Positions 28,837 through 37,671 of a stretch of DNA of 64,000 nt are shown one piece after another. The translations under genes were made by a program, and so were the position numbers. Positions within the stretch are counted from its first letter, which is position 1, and the number at the start of each line of letters is the position of its first letter. This DNA is from Pedobacter sp. (GTDB lineage: Bacteria > Desulfobacterota > Desulfuromonadia > Desulfuromonadales > Syntrophotaleaceae). Under the pieces are notes generated by a model. That model did not search any database. It saw nothing but the letters and a program-made list of their open reading frames with translations, and was not told the DNA's origin. Location of the stretch: positions 18,668 through 82,667 of the forward strand of contig JBFWJC010000007.1 in the NCBI GenBank assembly GCA_050253415.1, written 5' to 3'.

Positions 28837-29952
28837 CTATAATTCTGTGCGAGATTCCAACGCCTTATTATTCCCAAATACTTCTTCAAGGACCTCATCC
28901 GTCAACTCACCAAATAAAGGTCCATTATTAAGCTGATGAATACCTAAATCACCCAATCGGAGATTGGCTTCAATCAAGATAGGCTCTCCATCTTCTCCGA
29001 TGGCGATATCCCACGATATCAGTCTAAAATGGGCCATCTTTTCTTGTTGTTTTTTAACAATTTCTTTTATTTTATCAAATGAAGGAATAATACACTCTGT
29101 AAAATTAAATCCTTGAGGGTGCCTCTCATATTTAATGCCGTACTTAGAGTAAGCAACATCTTTTAACTGTCCACTTTCTTTTATCCCACACGTAATTCCT
29201 CCTACACTAGCATTATCTACCCTACTTCCATTAACGCCCATTCTTAAAATGGATGATAAAATATGGACTTTCCCTTTAAACAATAGTGTTACTATTCTAA
29301 TTGTATTAACTGAGCTTGGATGTATTCGTTTTATTTCACAATGCTGCACTATTATTTTTTGAACAACAAAGTTTTGAAAGTCGGACAAAAGATACTTTTC
29401 TAGTGCTTCCAACCCATCTGTTTCACTCCAAAATTTAATCCCTTTGGCACCTCCTGTTCCAACGGAAGGTTTTATAATCAGACTTTTGTTTTCGTCACAT
29501 AAATCCATGACTTTTTTTACTGATATTATGTTGTAGTTTTTATCATGAAAAAAACCATTAATTTTTCTGACTACAATTGATGGTTGCCTTACGTCATAAA
29601 ACAACAAAGAAAAATAGTTTTTATCCATCATTCCGAAGCTATGTTTTCTATTATTGAAGTGTTGATCAATAATTGTATAATACAAGTCATCTGGCATATA
29701 TCTAGCATCAAAATTATTGTTTCTTGATGAGTAATATTTATGCCAATGAGGTTTGACTTTTTTTGTATATTTACTCCAATACGATAATACTTCTTTTTTA
29801 AAGCTTGGTGATAATGAATCAGTTTTTAAAGAGTAATTATGTTTCAATCTCCAATTATATAATATTTTAATTGCAAGGTTTATGGTACAGATTTCACTTC
29901 TATCAAAAAAACCATATATGAAATTTTTTGCATTATCTTTGAGCTTCATCAC
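28837..29952 (-). CDS. ATP-grasp fold protein of the polysaccharide-associated type
   Basis: 371 aa. Motifs: LIIKPSVGTGGAKGIKFW (phosphate-binding loop), VDNASVGGITCGI, and ISWDIAIGEDGEPILIEANL (Mg/ATP site). It resembles the sugar-transfer-associated / TupA-like ATP-grasp groups. I cannot assign the subfamily by eye. Confidence 0.6.
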   Translation of the reverse strand: MMKLKDNAKNFIYGFFDRSEICTINLAIKILYNWRLKHNYSLKTDSLSPSFKKEVLSYWSKYTKKVKPHWHKYYSSRNNNFDARYMPDDLYYTIIDQHFNNRKHSFGMMDKNYFSLLFYDVRQPSIVVRKINGFFHDKNYNIISVKKVMDLCDENKSLIIKPSVGTGGAKGIKFWSETDGLEALEKYLLSDFQNFVVQKIIVQHCEIKRIHPSSVNTIRIVTLLFKGKVHILSSILRMGVNGSRVDNASVGGITCGIKESGQLKDVAYSKYGIKYERHPQGFNFTECIIPSFDKIKEIVKKQQEKMAHFRLISWDIAIGEDGEPILIEANLRLGDLGIHQLNNGPLFGELTDEVLEEVFGNNKALESRTEL

Positions 29953-30091
29953 TAAACCCTTATCTCAAATGTTCAAATATAATAATTAAAGAACTATACA
30001 TGCAGTTATATAGGAAACATTTTATAAAATGGTCGATTTAATTACTATATTCTTTATTTAAAGCATTTATATAGATGCGGTTGGTTCATAT

Positions 30092-31204
30092 CTAGGTGTT
30101 TTTTGTAATAAAGTATCCTATTTTCTCGAATCTATTATTTATTGGCCTTACAATTTGATCTTCTTTATAATATGTTGAATAACACAATGAATTTTCTGGA
30201 ACCTTATACTTCCCATAGTCCACTTTAGAATTTGGATATGCACATAAAAATTCTAACATGTATCTATCTTTTGATTTTTTGTAGTTTCTTATTTCACTGG
30301 TATTATTATATAGCAAATGTTCAAACAACAACTTTATAATATTTACCCCAGTATAATGCAATAGAACCTTCCACATATGGCAACCATCCAACCGTGGTGT
30401 TACTTCTATAATTATTGGTTTATTTTCTAAAAGTTTTATTTGAAAGTACATAGGACCGTTATAAATATTAAGTTTTTTAGATACACGTTCCACCAACTCA
30501 AGGAGCTCAAATTCAAGTTCCTTGTTTATTATTTTTGATGGAACAATATGTTTGTGAATTAGTCCGCCTTGAAATTGTTGCCAACACACTCTATCTGACG
30601 GAACTAATAATGCTATTTTTCCGTCAATCATATAAACATTAACTGATAATTCAGGGCCGCTTATATATTCCTCAATAATAACAAAACCTGACCTAGAGTA
30701 ATTTTTACTAACCATAAACTTTTCTTTAAAATCAACCTCATTATGTATAAGTTGAACTCCCCTTTGTCCTTGAGAGTCTGCGGGTTTCATAATAAAAGGA
30801 AAGTTAAGGTAAATATCCTCATATTTATTATCCAATACTTGGTAATTTAGATTACCTTTAAAATCTTTTCCAAGGAATGCTCTCATTTCATTTTTGTTGT
30901 TGCATATTCGTGCTGTTTCCCCTGAGACAAAACCAGGTAAATTGATTTTTTCGCTAATTTCTGAATAAATTCTTGTGGCTATATCAGAGCCAACTGAATA
31001 TACACAATCAATTTGATTGTTTTTAATATAGTCAATCACCTTATCAATGTAAGTAAAATCCAATATTTCATAATTATCGGCTTCTTTACTTCCTGGTCCA
31101 TCATCACTCTTTGAGCACGCATAGGTTTCAATACCCATTTCTTTCAATATACGAATCGCGTCTGCTTGAACCTCAGATACACCTAAAATCAAAACTTTTT
31201 TCAT
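30092..31204 (-). CDS. ATP-grasp ligase (carboxylate-amine ligase type)
   Basis: ORF track starts at a TTG at 31207. The ATG at 31204 has the SD AGGGGGA 6 nt upstream. Features: a pre-ATP-grasp Rossmann opening MKKVLILGVSEVQADAI, FIMKPADSQGQRGVQLI, IIEEYISGPELSVNVY, and IIIEVTPRLDG. Confidence 0.8.
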   Translation of the reverse strand: MKKVLILGVSEVQADAIRILKEMGIETYACSKSDDGPGSKEADNYEILDFTYIDKVIDYIKNNQIDCVYSVGSDIATRIYSEISEKINLPGFVSGETARICNNKNEMRAFLGKDFKGNLNYQVLDNKYEDIYLNFPFIMKPADSQGQRGVQLIHNEVDFKEKFMVSKNYSRSGFVIIEEYISGPELSVNVYMIDGKIALLVPSDRVCWQQFQGGLIHKHIVPSKIINKELEFELLELVERVSKKLNIYNGPMYFQIKLLENKPIIIEVTPRLDGCHMWKVLLHYTGVNIIKLLFEHLLYNNTSEIRNYKKSKDRYMLEFLCAYPNSKVDYGKYKVPENSLCYSTYYKEDQIVRPINNRFEKIGYFITKNT

Positions 31205-31440
31205 CAATTATCCCCCTATTTAGAATATTTGTTACTACAAAGCTTTGATTTTCGAATGGGTTTTCCGAACCGACAGAAGCAGATCTGTGCACAAAAATGG
31301 TTCAGAGCTGAGTCTTTACTTTCATTAGAGCCATAGGTGGTATTAATGTTTACACAATCGGCATCTCGCAGATTTCCTTCATCGGCTAAGGTTTGCATAC
31401 AAGAAAACTCTTTCTGCGATACCCAATACACTTATCCTTT

Positions 31441-32835
31441 TCAGCCGGAAATAGTTGTTAGACATTGAGATCCGTGCCGCCTGATAAGGAGTAACAAAAA
31501 CGTACCCATCACCAGATAAAATCCGATTTTCAGAGAAATAACTGGGCCGCCATACATGATGCGGAACCCCAGAAAAATCATCCAAGCTACTCTGAATACT
31601 TCAATAATCGTTTCATTGTCACCAGAGAATAAACGGTCAGCCATCCTAAGCGTTGCTCCAAACGCAAGCAGAAGAAGCACCACTCCGATAGCTCCGCCGC
31701 TGTAGTATCCGAAAGAAATCAGATCAATAGGTATGGGACCGTTAAACTGTATAAAATTAAAGCTATCAGCGGTCTCCGGTAGATTGACATGAAATATTCG
31801 CTTTGGAATCAGATAAGCAATCGCTAATGGAAAATCAACAAACAGGTGGTATGGAACCTCGTAAGGGACAGCAAAACAAACCGTGTTGGCTATAGTCCCC
31901 AAGGGGAAAGCAAATTCGCTCAGTATAGACACCAGAACAGAAAAATTTTCAGACTCAAGCAATACAATTTTGCGAGAAAATGCACCTGGATCGATAATAA
32001 TGTGCGCAAACTGTTTACCGAAAAGGATCACAAACACGGCCAAACAGAGTCCGAAAATAAGGGGCCGAATTTTTAAACGCCCGCGAATCATCATACTGAC
32101 TAACGGAAAAGTAATGAGGTAAGAAACGAATCCCAAGCGACCAGCCATATGAAACAATTGAACCAATGACAGCAGGAAAGTTACAAAAAACAGAGAGCAA
32201 TAAAGCCAGGTTCGATGATGTTTCTTAAAATCTTTCCACAAGGCATAATAAAAAAAGGATGAGGATAAAAGCAGTGGGGAGATATTTTTCAAAAAGGCAT
32301 AAGGGGTTATAATCGGAGGGTTATCCGATCTCATAGGCCCAGCTAATCTGATCAGTTCAATAAAGCCACCAAGCTCCCGAGCGTAAATGAGCAAAGATGA
32401 TCCACCTACGACGGCAAGTAATGTACCGGATATAAACAGTGCCTTTTCAGAATACGTACGAGGACCGTGTATTTCTGCCACGATAGGTACTCGGCCTACT
32501 CCATTACAAAGGGAAGAAACAATCCCCCCGGAACCACTATAACCGAAAAACAGGAGTAAATAACCGGCCAAGGCATAAAGCTCACCGTAAACTAAAGAAA
32601 TCGGCTCCAAGGTATGAAACTTCAACCAACTGAACCCCGAGTCGGCAAGACCTGTGTGACTAGAGTAGTCGATCATGATCGGGCAAACGACAAAAACGAT
32701 GAAGTAGAGCACACTTAAAAACCCGAAAAAGTCCAAAAGTCGGTGATTTTTAGGCCGGACTACCTCGATCACAATGATCAACAATCCAAGAGTGGCAGCG
32801 ATAAGGGTCAGCATTTTTGCTCTTGGCACCCCCAT
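31441..32835 (-). CDS. Wzy-like oligosaccharide repeat-unit polymerase
   Basis: 464 aa with 10 or more hydrophobic spans and no soluble domain. It sits at the head of the glycosyltransferase block. The assignment rests on topology and context only. Confidence 0.55.
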   Translation of the reverse strand: MGVPRAKMLTLIAATLGLLIIVIEVVRPKNHRLLDFFGFLSVLYFIVFVVCPIMIDYSSHTGLADSGFSWLKFHTLEPISLVYGELYALAGYLLLFFGYSGSGGIVSSLCNGVGRVPIVAEIHGPRTYSEKALFISGTLLAVVGGSSLLIYARELGGFIELIRLAGPMRSDNPPIITPYAFLKNISPLLLSSSFFYYALWKDFKKHHRTWLYCSLFFVTFLLSLVQLFHMAGRLGFVSYLITFPLVSMMIRGRLKIRPLIFGLCLAVFVILFGKQFAHIIIDPGAFSRKIVLLESENFSVLVSILSEFAFPLGTIANTVCFAVPYEVPYHLFVDFPLAIAYLIPKRIFHVNLPETADSFNFIQFNGPIPIDLISFGYYSGGAIGVVLLLLAFGATLRMADRLFSGDNETIIEVFRVAWMIFLGFRIMYGGPVISLKIGFYLVMGTFLLLLIRRHGSQCLTTISG

Positions 32836-33222
32836 AAAAACATGGCTGAATATACGTTAAGTTAGCAATTCGGCGGTGAGCGAATCTGTCGCCAAAACGC
32901 ACTGTCGAAACACCGTTGAATGTGGTGATCAAATTTTATTACAGCATAACAAAAACCACACACCCCGCAAGGCCCACAGACAAACACCACACCCCTGGAG
33001 TATAGTCCCTACAGACCGATCTTTACAGCCCCCGCCCGCTGCACATGTTCAGAATGACAAAAAATAAAAGCAAAGCTGAAAAGCCCAACAGAGTGGACAC
33101 CAATATCGATAGAGAACGTCGTACAAGAACAGGTATGTTGGTGAAATAGGATGTCTATATTCAGGATAGTCGCAATCAGCTGACCACCGAGTAGAAACAA
33201 GCGAGAGATATGTCAGAGATGT

Positions 33223-34458
33223 TTATTCAACAGCGGCGGCCATCTGGTGCAATACTTCTTCTATATTTGTGTAGCCGTCACCGTCGTCGTCGCCGTTGGG
33301 ATTGGACGGGGCAACAAATTGCCGGATGTTTTTGGCATAAGTCGGCCATCCGCCACCCTGTACAGGGGTGTCGATAATGTCCCCACTGCCATTCCAGACG
33401 TCATTTACCACCCGCTCGTCGAGACTGTCGCCATTACTCGTCCCGCGTTCGGCAGGCCGTGCACCGCAGCTTTGCAGCACATAACTTTTAACGCTGCTCG
33501 TCGGAAGAATGGTGATGTTATCGTAGGGCACCGGAGGCGTCCCCACCTGCGGATTACCCCACGACGGAGGATCCATCAGCGGAACAGAAGCACCCGACTC
33601 ATCAAGCCGCAAAATCAGATTGTCCGATGTGTAGACTTGCGAACCGACCTTGGTATTGTCGGCCCACCACAGGGGCGCCTTGGTCGCATATTCAGGGCCA
33701 TCTCTGAAAACATTGCCGATGGTCGACTGAAAAAGGGTCCCGGCATTGTAGGAATCGCTGTAGTGCATGCGGCCACTTCTGCCGCCATTGTAAACGTAGT
33801 TATTGATCACCACCGAGGTGGTCCCACCCTTGGCGTTCGGGCCGTTACGATCGTCACTTGATGAAATCAGGTTACGCAGCACGGTTATTTTCTTGGCATA
33901 GTCACCGATGAGGAAGCCCTTGGAATGGGCACCTTCCGGGTGAATCGAGTTATCCAGACCTTCGCTGACAATGCAGTTGGAAATGGTGATATTGTCCAGA
34001 CGACTGTCTTTATAGCCCCAAAGTCCTATGACCTCGTCAACCGCCCACTGGAAGGAACAGTGGTCAACAACAACATTGTAGATGTCCGAATGACCGACAA
34101 TCCCCAAACAATCCCGCTCCCCCTCTTCGGAGGTGTTGTAGGACCGCTCATCACCCGGACGCACCCGGATATGCTGTATCAACACATCGTGCGCGGAGAT
34201 TTTAAGCCGCCGATTTTTCAACATGATGCCAGGGGCCGGAGCAGTCTGACCGGCGATAGTGATATATGGGTTGGTAATGATCAGCTCGCTCTGCAGGTTA
34301 ATGATCCCGGATACTTCAAACACGACAATCCTGGAGCCGCAGGCCTGCACAGCAGCGCGCAACGACCCTGTCCCGCTGTCATTCAGGTTGGTAACCTTAA
34401 TGATCTGCCCGCCTCGACCGCCAGCCGTTTCAGTACCGAAACCTTCTGCACCGGGAAA
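33223..34458. repeat. direct repeat copy 1 (lyase-domain duplication)
   Basis: It aligns with 34762..35997 at a constant offset of 1539 nt. In 33563-34458 I found only 2 mismatches by eye. The 3' 340 nt differ at roughly 10% of positions. Antisense ORF-track translations (33925.. vs 35464..; 33247.. vs 35176..) are near-identical. Confidence 0.9.
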
Positions 34459-34575
34459 TATTTTCAACTCACCCAGTTGCGAGGTAATTCTATTGTAGCT
34501 GCAGGTATTTAATGTGCAGCACATAACGACCATGGCGGATAAAGTCCAGATGTAGAAAAATATGGTACGGGCCAT
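33223..34575 (-). CDS. secreted pectate-lyase-like (PL1-type right-handed beta-helix) protein, short paralogue
   Basis: 450 aa. The SD AGGAG lies 7 nt before the ATG, and the N-terminus is hydrophobic. FPGAEGFGTETAGGRGGQIIKVTNLNDSGTGSLRAAVQ is the characteristic PL1 N-terminal motif. The C-terminus has the acidic Ca-binding-like tail NPNGDDDGDGYTNIEE. Confidence 0.75.
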   Translation of the reverse strand: MARTIFFYIWTLSAMVVMCCTLNTCSYNRITSQLGELKIFPGAEGFGTETAGGRGGQIIKVTNLNDSGTGSLRAAVQACGSRIVVFEVSGIINLQSELIITNPYITIAGQTAPAPGIMLKNRRLKISAHDVLIQHIRVRPGDERSYNTSEEGERDCLGIVGHSDIYNVVVDHCSFQWAVDEVIGLWGYKDSRLDNITISNCIVSEGLDNSIHPEGAHSKGFLIGDYAKKITVLRNLISSSDDRNGPNAKGGTTSVVINNYVYNGGRSGRMHYSDSYNAGTLFQSTIGNVFRDGPEYATKAPLWWADNTKVGSQVYTSDNLILRLDESGASVPLMDPPSWGNPQVGTPPVPYDNITILPTSSVKSYVLQSCGARPAERGTSNGDSLDERVVNDVWNGSGDIIDTPVQGGGWPTYAKNIRQFVAPSNPNGDDDGDGYTNIEEVLHQMAAAVE

Positions 34576-34607
34576 GGTTTTGCTCCTCTTATGGAAGTAG
34601 GGTAATA

Positions 34608-34613
34608 ATTATA
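34608..34613 (-). promoter_or_regulatory. candidate -10 box for the short lyase paralogue
   Basis: On the minus strand there is a perfect TATAAT about 33 nt upstream of the ATG at 34575, just downstream of the terminator of the preceding gene. The -35 is weak. Confidence 0.35.
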
Positions 34614-34687
34614 CACTACATCATAACACCATAACTAGTTAATATCTAATGACAATAACCCAACTTTACGAACGTTTTGCCCGGCGT

Positions 34688-34718
34688 AAAAAAAAGGGAT
34701 CGTCCAAAGGACGACCCC
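34688..34718 (-). terminator. rho-independent terminator of the long lyase gene
   Basis: On the minus strand GGGGTCGTCC-TTT-GGACGATCCC is followed by T8, 44 nt after the stop at 34762. Confidence 0.8.
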
Positions 34719-34761
34719 GCGCATAGCATATGCATAATATTTGTAGTAACGTTATCCGTCG

Positions 34762-35997
34762 TTATTCGACAGCGGCAGCCATCTGATGCAATACTTCTTC
34801 TATATTTGTGTAGCCATCACCGTCGTCATCACCATTTGGGTTGGATGGTACGACAAACTGGCGAGTGTTCTTGGCATACGTCGGCCAACCACCACCCTGA
34901 ACAGGGGTATCGATCATAGCCCCACTGCCATTCCACACATCGTTTATCACCCTTTCATCCAGACGATCGCCATTGGACGTCCCGCGCTCGCCGGGACGTG
35001 CTCCGCTATGTTGCAGCACGTAACTTTTAACGCTGCTTGTGGGAAGAATGGTGATGTTATCGTAGGGCACCGGAGGCGTCATCACCTGCGGATTGCCCCA
35101 TGACGGAGGATCCATCAGCGGAACAGAAGCACCCGACTCATCAAGCCGCAAAATCAGATTGTCCGATGTGTAGACTTGCGAACCGACCTTGGTATTGTCG
35201 GCCCACCACAGGGGCGCCTTGGTCGCATATTCAGGGCCATCTCTGAAAACATTGCCGATGGTCGACTGAAAAAGGGTCCCGGCATTGTAGGAATCGCTGT
35301 AGTGCATGCGGCCACTTCTGCCGCCATTGTAAACGTAGTTATTGATCACCACCGAGGTGGTCCCACCCTTGGCGTTCGGGCCGTTACGATCGTCACTTGA
35401 TGAAATCAGGTTACGCAGCACGGTTATTTTCTTGGCATAGTCACCGATGAGGAAGCCCTTGGAATGGGCACCTTCCGGGTGAATCGAGTTATCCAGACCT
35501 TCGCTGACAATGCAGTTGGAAATGGTGATATTGTCCAGACGACTGTCTTTATAGCCCCAAAGTCCTATGACCTCGTCAACCGCCCACTGGAAGGAACAGT
35601 GGTCAACAACAACATTGTAGATGTCCGAATGACCGACAATCCCCAAACAATCCCGCTCCCCCTCTTCGGAGGTGTTGTAGGACCGCTCATCACCCGGACG
35701 CACCCGGATATGCTGTATCAACACATCGTGCGCGGAGATTTTAAGCCGCCGATTTTTCAACATGATGCCAGGGGCCGGAGCAGTCTGACCGGCGATAGTG
35801 ATATATGGGTTGGTAATGATCAGCTCGCTCTGCAGGTTAATGATCCCGGATACTTCAAACACGACAATCCTGGAGCCGCTGGCCTGCACAGCAGCGCGCA
35901 ACGACCCTGTCCCGCTGTCATTCAGGTTGGTAACCTTAATGATCTGTCCGCCTCGACCGCCAGCCGTTTCAGTACCGAAACCTTCTGCACCGGGAAA
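34762..35997. repeat. direct repeat copy 2 (lyase-domain duplication)
   Basis: See copy 1; the offset is 1539 nt. Confidence 0.9.
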
Positions 35998-37509
35998 AGC
36001 AGGGAGATAATTTAGGTTAGAGGTTCCCCCTGTGTTAGCGTCAACCGAACTGGAATCGGCATCGTTATCGACGATGGTTACGGTCGAGGTGGTCACGGTA
36101 CCCAAGGCGGTGCCACCCGTAGGGTTCTGCAGCAAAACCGTAAAGGTTTCACTTCCTTCTACTGCCGCATCGTCGGTGATAGCGATGCTGATGGTTTTCT
36201 GGGTCTGGCCGTCGGCAAAATTTACCGTAGTCCAGGAAAAGCTGGTGTAATCCGAGGCATAATCGGCGGTCACGCCCAAGGTACGTACCTCAACGGTCGC
36301 CGCACCGCTACTGCCATCAACTCGCTTTAGCAGCACATCGATTTTACCGGTCCCTTCGTTGACGGAATAATTGGCAGCGCCGAACTCGAAACTTCCCGGG
36401 GTGGTCGAGACGGGTGCTATATCCACGACTACGGCTACAGCCGGAGAAGTGGTTTTGTTGCCGGCCGCATCATAAGCGACCACTGTAAGGTTATGCGTGC
36501 CATTGTCCGTTTCGCTTATGGGTAGACTTGCAGAATAGGTGTTGGTGGTATCGGTGGCGATAAGCTTGCTGCCGTCGTAAAACTCGACCTTGCTGACACC
36601 TACATTGTCGCTGGCCTGAGCCACGATGGTCAACGTCTGGGTGCTGGTTACCGCAAGGTTCCCGGAAGGGCTGATAATGGCCGCGACAGGAGCCGCAGTA
36701 TCGCCTACAACCGCCTCATCGTTGTCAACGATGGTCACCGTCGAGCTGGTCACGGCACCCAGGGCGGTGCCGCCGGTGGGGTTCTGCAACAAAACGGTGA
36801 AGGTTTCACTTCCTTCAACCTCCGTATCGTCGGTGATAGCAATGCTGATGGTTTTCTGGGTCTGGCCGTCGGCAAAATTCACCGTAGTCCAGGAAAAGCT
36901 GTTGTAATCCGAGGTATAATCGGCGGTCACGCCCAAAGTACGTACCTCGACGGTCGCCGCACCAGAAGTTCCACCGACCCGCTGGAGCAAAACGTCGATT
37001 TTGCCAGAACCTTCATTCACGGAATACGCCGAAGCTCCCAGCTGGAAACTGCCGGGTTGCGAATCATTATCCTCAATCGTTATTTCCGAGCTGGTAATAC
37101 TGCCAAGTGTTGTGCCATTGGTCGGTTTGCGCAGAAGGACATTAAAGGTTTCGCTCGATTCCTTGGCCGTATCGTCGGTAATGCCGAGGCTCAGATTCAT
37201 CTGGTTTTGCCCGTTAGCAAATTTGACAGTCGTCCAGGTCATGCTTTCATAATCCGTCTTATAATCGGCAGTATCGCCCAAGGTGCGCACTTGAACTGTG
37301 GCGGCGCCGGAAACGGAACCAGTCCGCTTCAAAAGCACATTAACCTTGCCTCCACCTTCATTGACCGAATATTTGGCGGAACTAAACTCAAAGCTGCCGG
37401 ACGCTGCGGCAACGTTCCCAGGAAGAACCATTTGCATAGTAAGTAACAACACACAAATCAGCCCCCCTATGGATTGTTTCAGATGCGTCATAATAAATGT
37501 TTGTCTCAT
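34762..37509 (-). CDS. secreted Calx-beta x3 / Ig-like / pectate-lyase-like (PL1-type) protein, long paralogue
   Basis: ORF track 34762..37632 was trimmed to the ATG at 37509 (SD AGGGAG; MRQTFIMTHLKQSIGGLICVLLLTMQMVLPGNVAAASG is a signal peptide). Three ~112-aa Calx-beta modules follow (F-x-x-x-x-YSVNEG-G-K..., TV-V-RTLG-TADY, ITDD...E-SETF). An Ig-like module sits between modules 2 and 3. The C-terminal 412 aa are homologous to the short paralogue: near-identical over most of the domain and about 87% identical in the last ~115 aa. Confidence 0.8.
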   Translation of the reverse strand: MRQTFIMTHLKQSIGGLICVLLLTMQMVLPGNVAAASGSFEFSSAKYSVNEGGGKVNVLLKRTGSVSGAATVQVRTLGDTADYKTDYESMTWTTVKFANGQNQMNLSLGITDDTAKESSETFNVLLRKPTNGTTLGSITSSEITIEDNDSQPGSFQLGASAYSVNEGSGKIDVLLQRVGGTSGAATVEVRTLGVTADYTSDYNSFSWTTVNFADGQTQKTISIAITDDTEVEGSETFTVLLQNPTGGTALGAVTSSTVTIVDNDEAVVGDTAAPVAAIISPSGNLAVTSTQTLTIVAQASDNVGVSKVEFYDGSKLIATDTTNTYSASLPISETDNGTHNLTVVAYDAAGNKTTSPAVAVVVDIAPVSTTPGSFEFGAANYSVNEGTGKIDVLLKRVDGSSGAATVEVRTLGVTADYASDYTSFSWTTVNFADGQTQKTISIAITDDAAVEGSETFTVLLQNPTGGTALGTVTTSTVTIVDNDADSSSVDANTGGTSNLNYLPAFPGAEGFGTETAGGRGGQIIKVTNLNDSGTGSLRAAVQASGSRIVVFEVSGIINLQSELIITNPYITIAGQTAPAPGIMLKNRRLKISAHDVLIQHIRVRPGDERSYNTSEEGERDCLGIVGHSDIYNVVVDHCSFQWAVDEVIGLWGYKDSRLDNITISNCIVSEGLDNSIHPEGAHSKGFLIGDYAKKITVLRNLISSSDDRNGPNAKGGTTSVVINNYVYNGGRSGRMHYSDSYNAGTLFQSTIGNVFRDGPEYATKAPLWWADNTKVGSQVYTSDNLILRLDESGASVPLMDPPSWGNPQVMTPPVPYDNITILPTSSVKSYVLQHSGARPGERGTSNGDRLDERVINDVWNGSGAMIDTPVQGGGWPTYAKNTRQFVVPSNPNGDDDGDGYTNIEEVLHQMAAAVE
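36061..36399. repeat. Calx-beta module 3 coding repeat
   Basis: About 90% identical at DNA level to 36718..37056 (offset 657 nt). The protein segments PGSFEFGAANYSVNEGTGKIDVLLKRVDG... and PGSFQLGASAYSVNEGSGKIDVLLQRVGG... correspond. Confidence 0.85.
36718..37056. repeat. Calx-beta module 2 coding repeat
   Basis: This is the partner of 36061..36399. Confidence 0.85.
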
Positions 37510-37585
37510 AAACTCCCTCTTTGTTGGTGTGATCTGGCACCGGTTTTTCCGATGCCACCAAATCTTGTTTGCGCCTTGGAGGCGC

Positions 37586-37627
37586 AAAAAAAAAAGCGCT
37601 GCTCTTGGAGATCCCAAAGCAAAGCGC
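37586..37627 (-). terminator. intrinsic terminator inside the 5' leader (probable riboswitch expression platform)
   Basis: On the minus strand GCGCUUUGCUUUGG-GAUCU-CCAAGAGCAGCGC (about 12 bp with small bulges) is followed by U10. It lies 44 nt downstream of the aptamer and 77 nt upstream of the ATG at 37509. Confidence 0.7.
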
Positions 37628-37671
37628 CGCACATGTACCTACTAACCTCGAGGTGCTTCCAGGTTTTGAGG

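Noticed and set aside
31216-31431. A 71-aa Cys-rich ORF between the Wzy-like gene and the ATP-grasp gene, considered as a graspetide/RiPP precursor.
   Set aside because: It has a GTG start with poor SD spacing and no recognisable leader or core motif (no PFFARFL-like leader, no T/S-x-K-x-D/E core pattern). The ATP-grasp neighbours sit in a classic glycan context. It might still be a real small gene, but I cannot support that.
33247-36015. Long plus-strand ORFs inside the lyase genes (33247..33861, 33925..34512, 35176..35400, 35464..36015).
   Set aside because: They are antisense shadows of the lyase reading frames. They appear twice only because the underlying DNA is duplicated.
37510-37632. 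The N-terminal 41-codon extension of ORF 34762..37632.
   Set aside because: The extension would run through the leader hairpins and into the terminator U-tract. A strong SD precedes the internal ATG at 37509, which begins a proper signal peptide.
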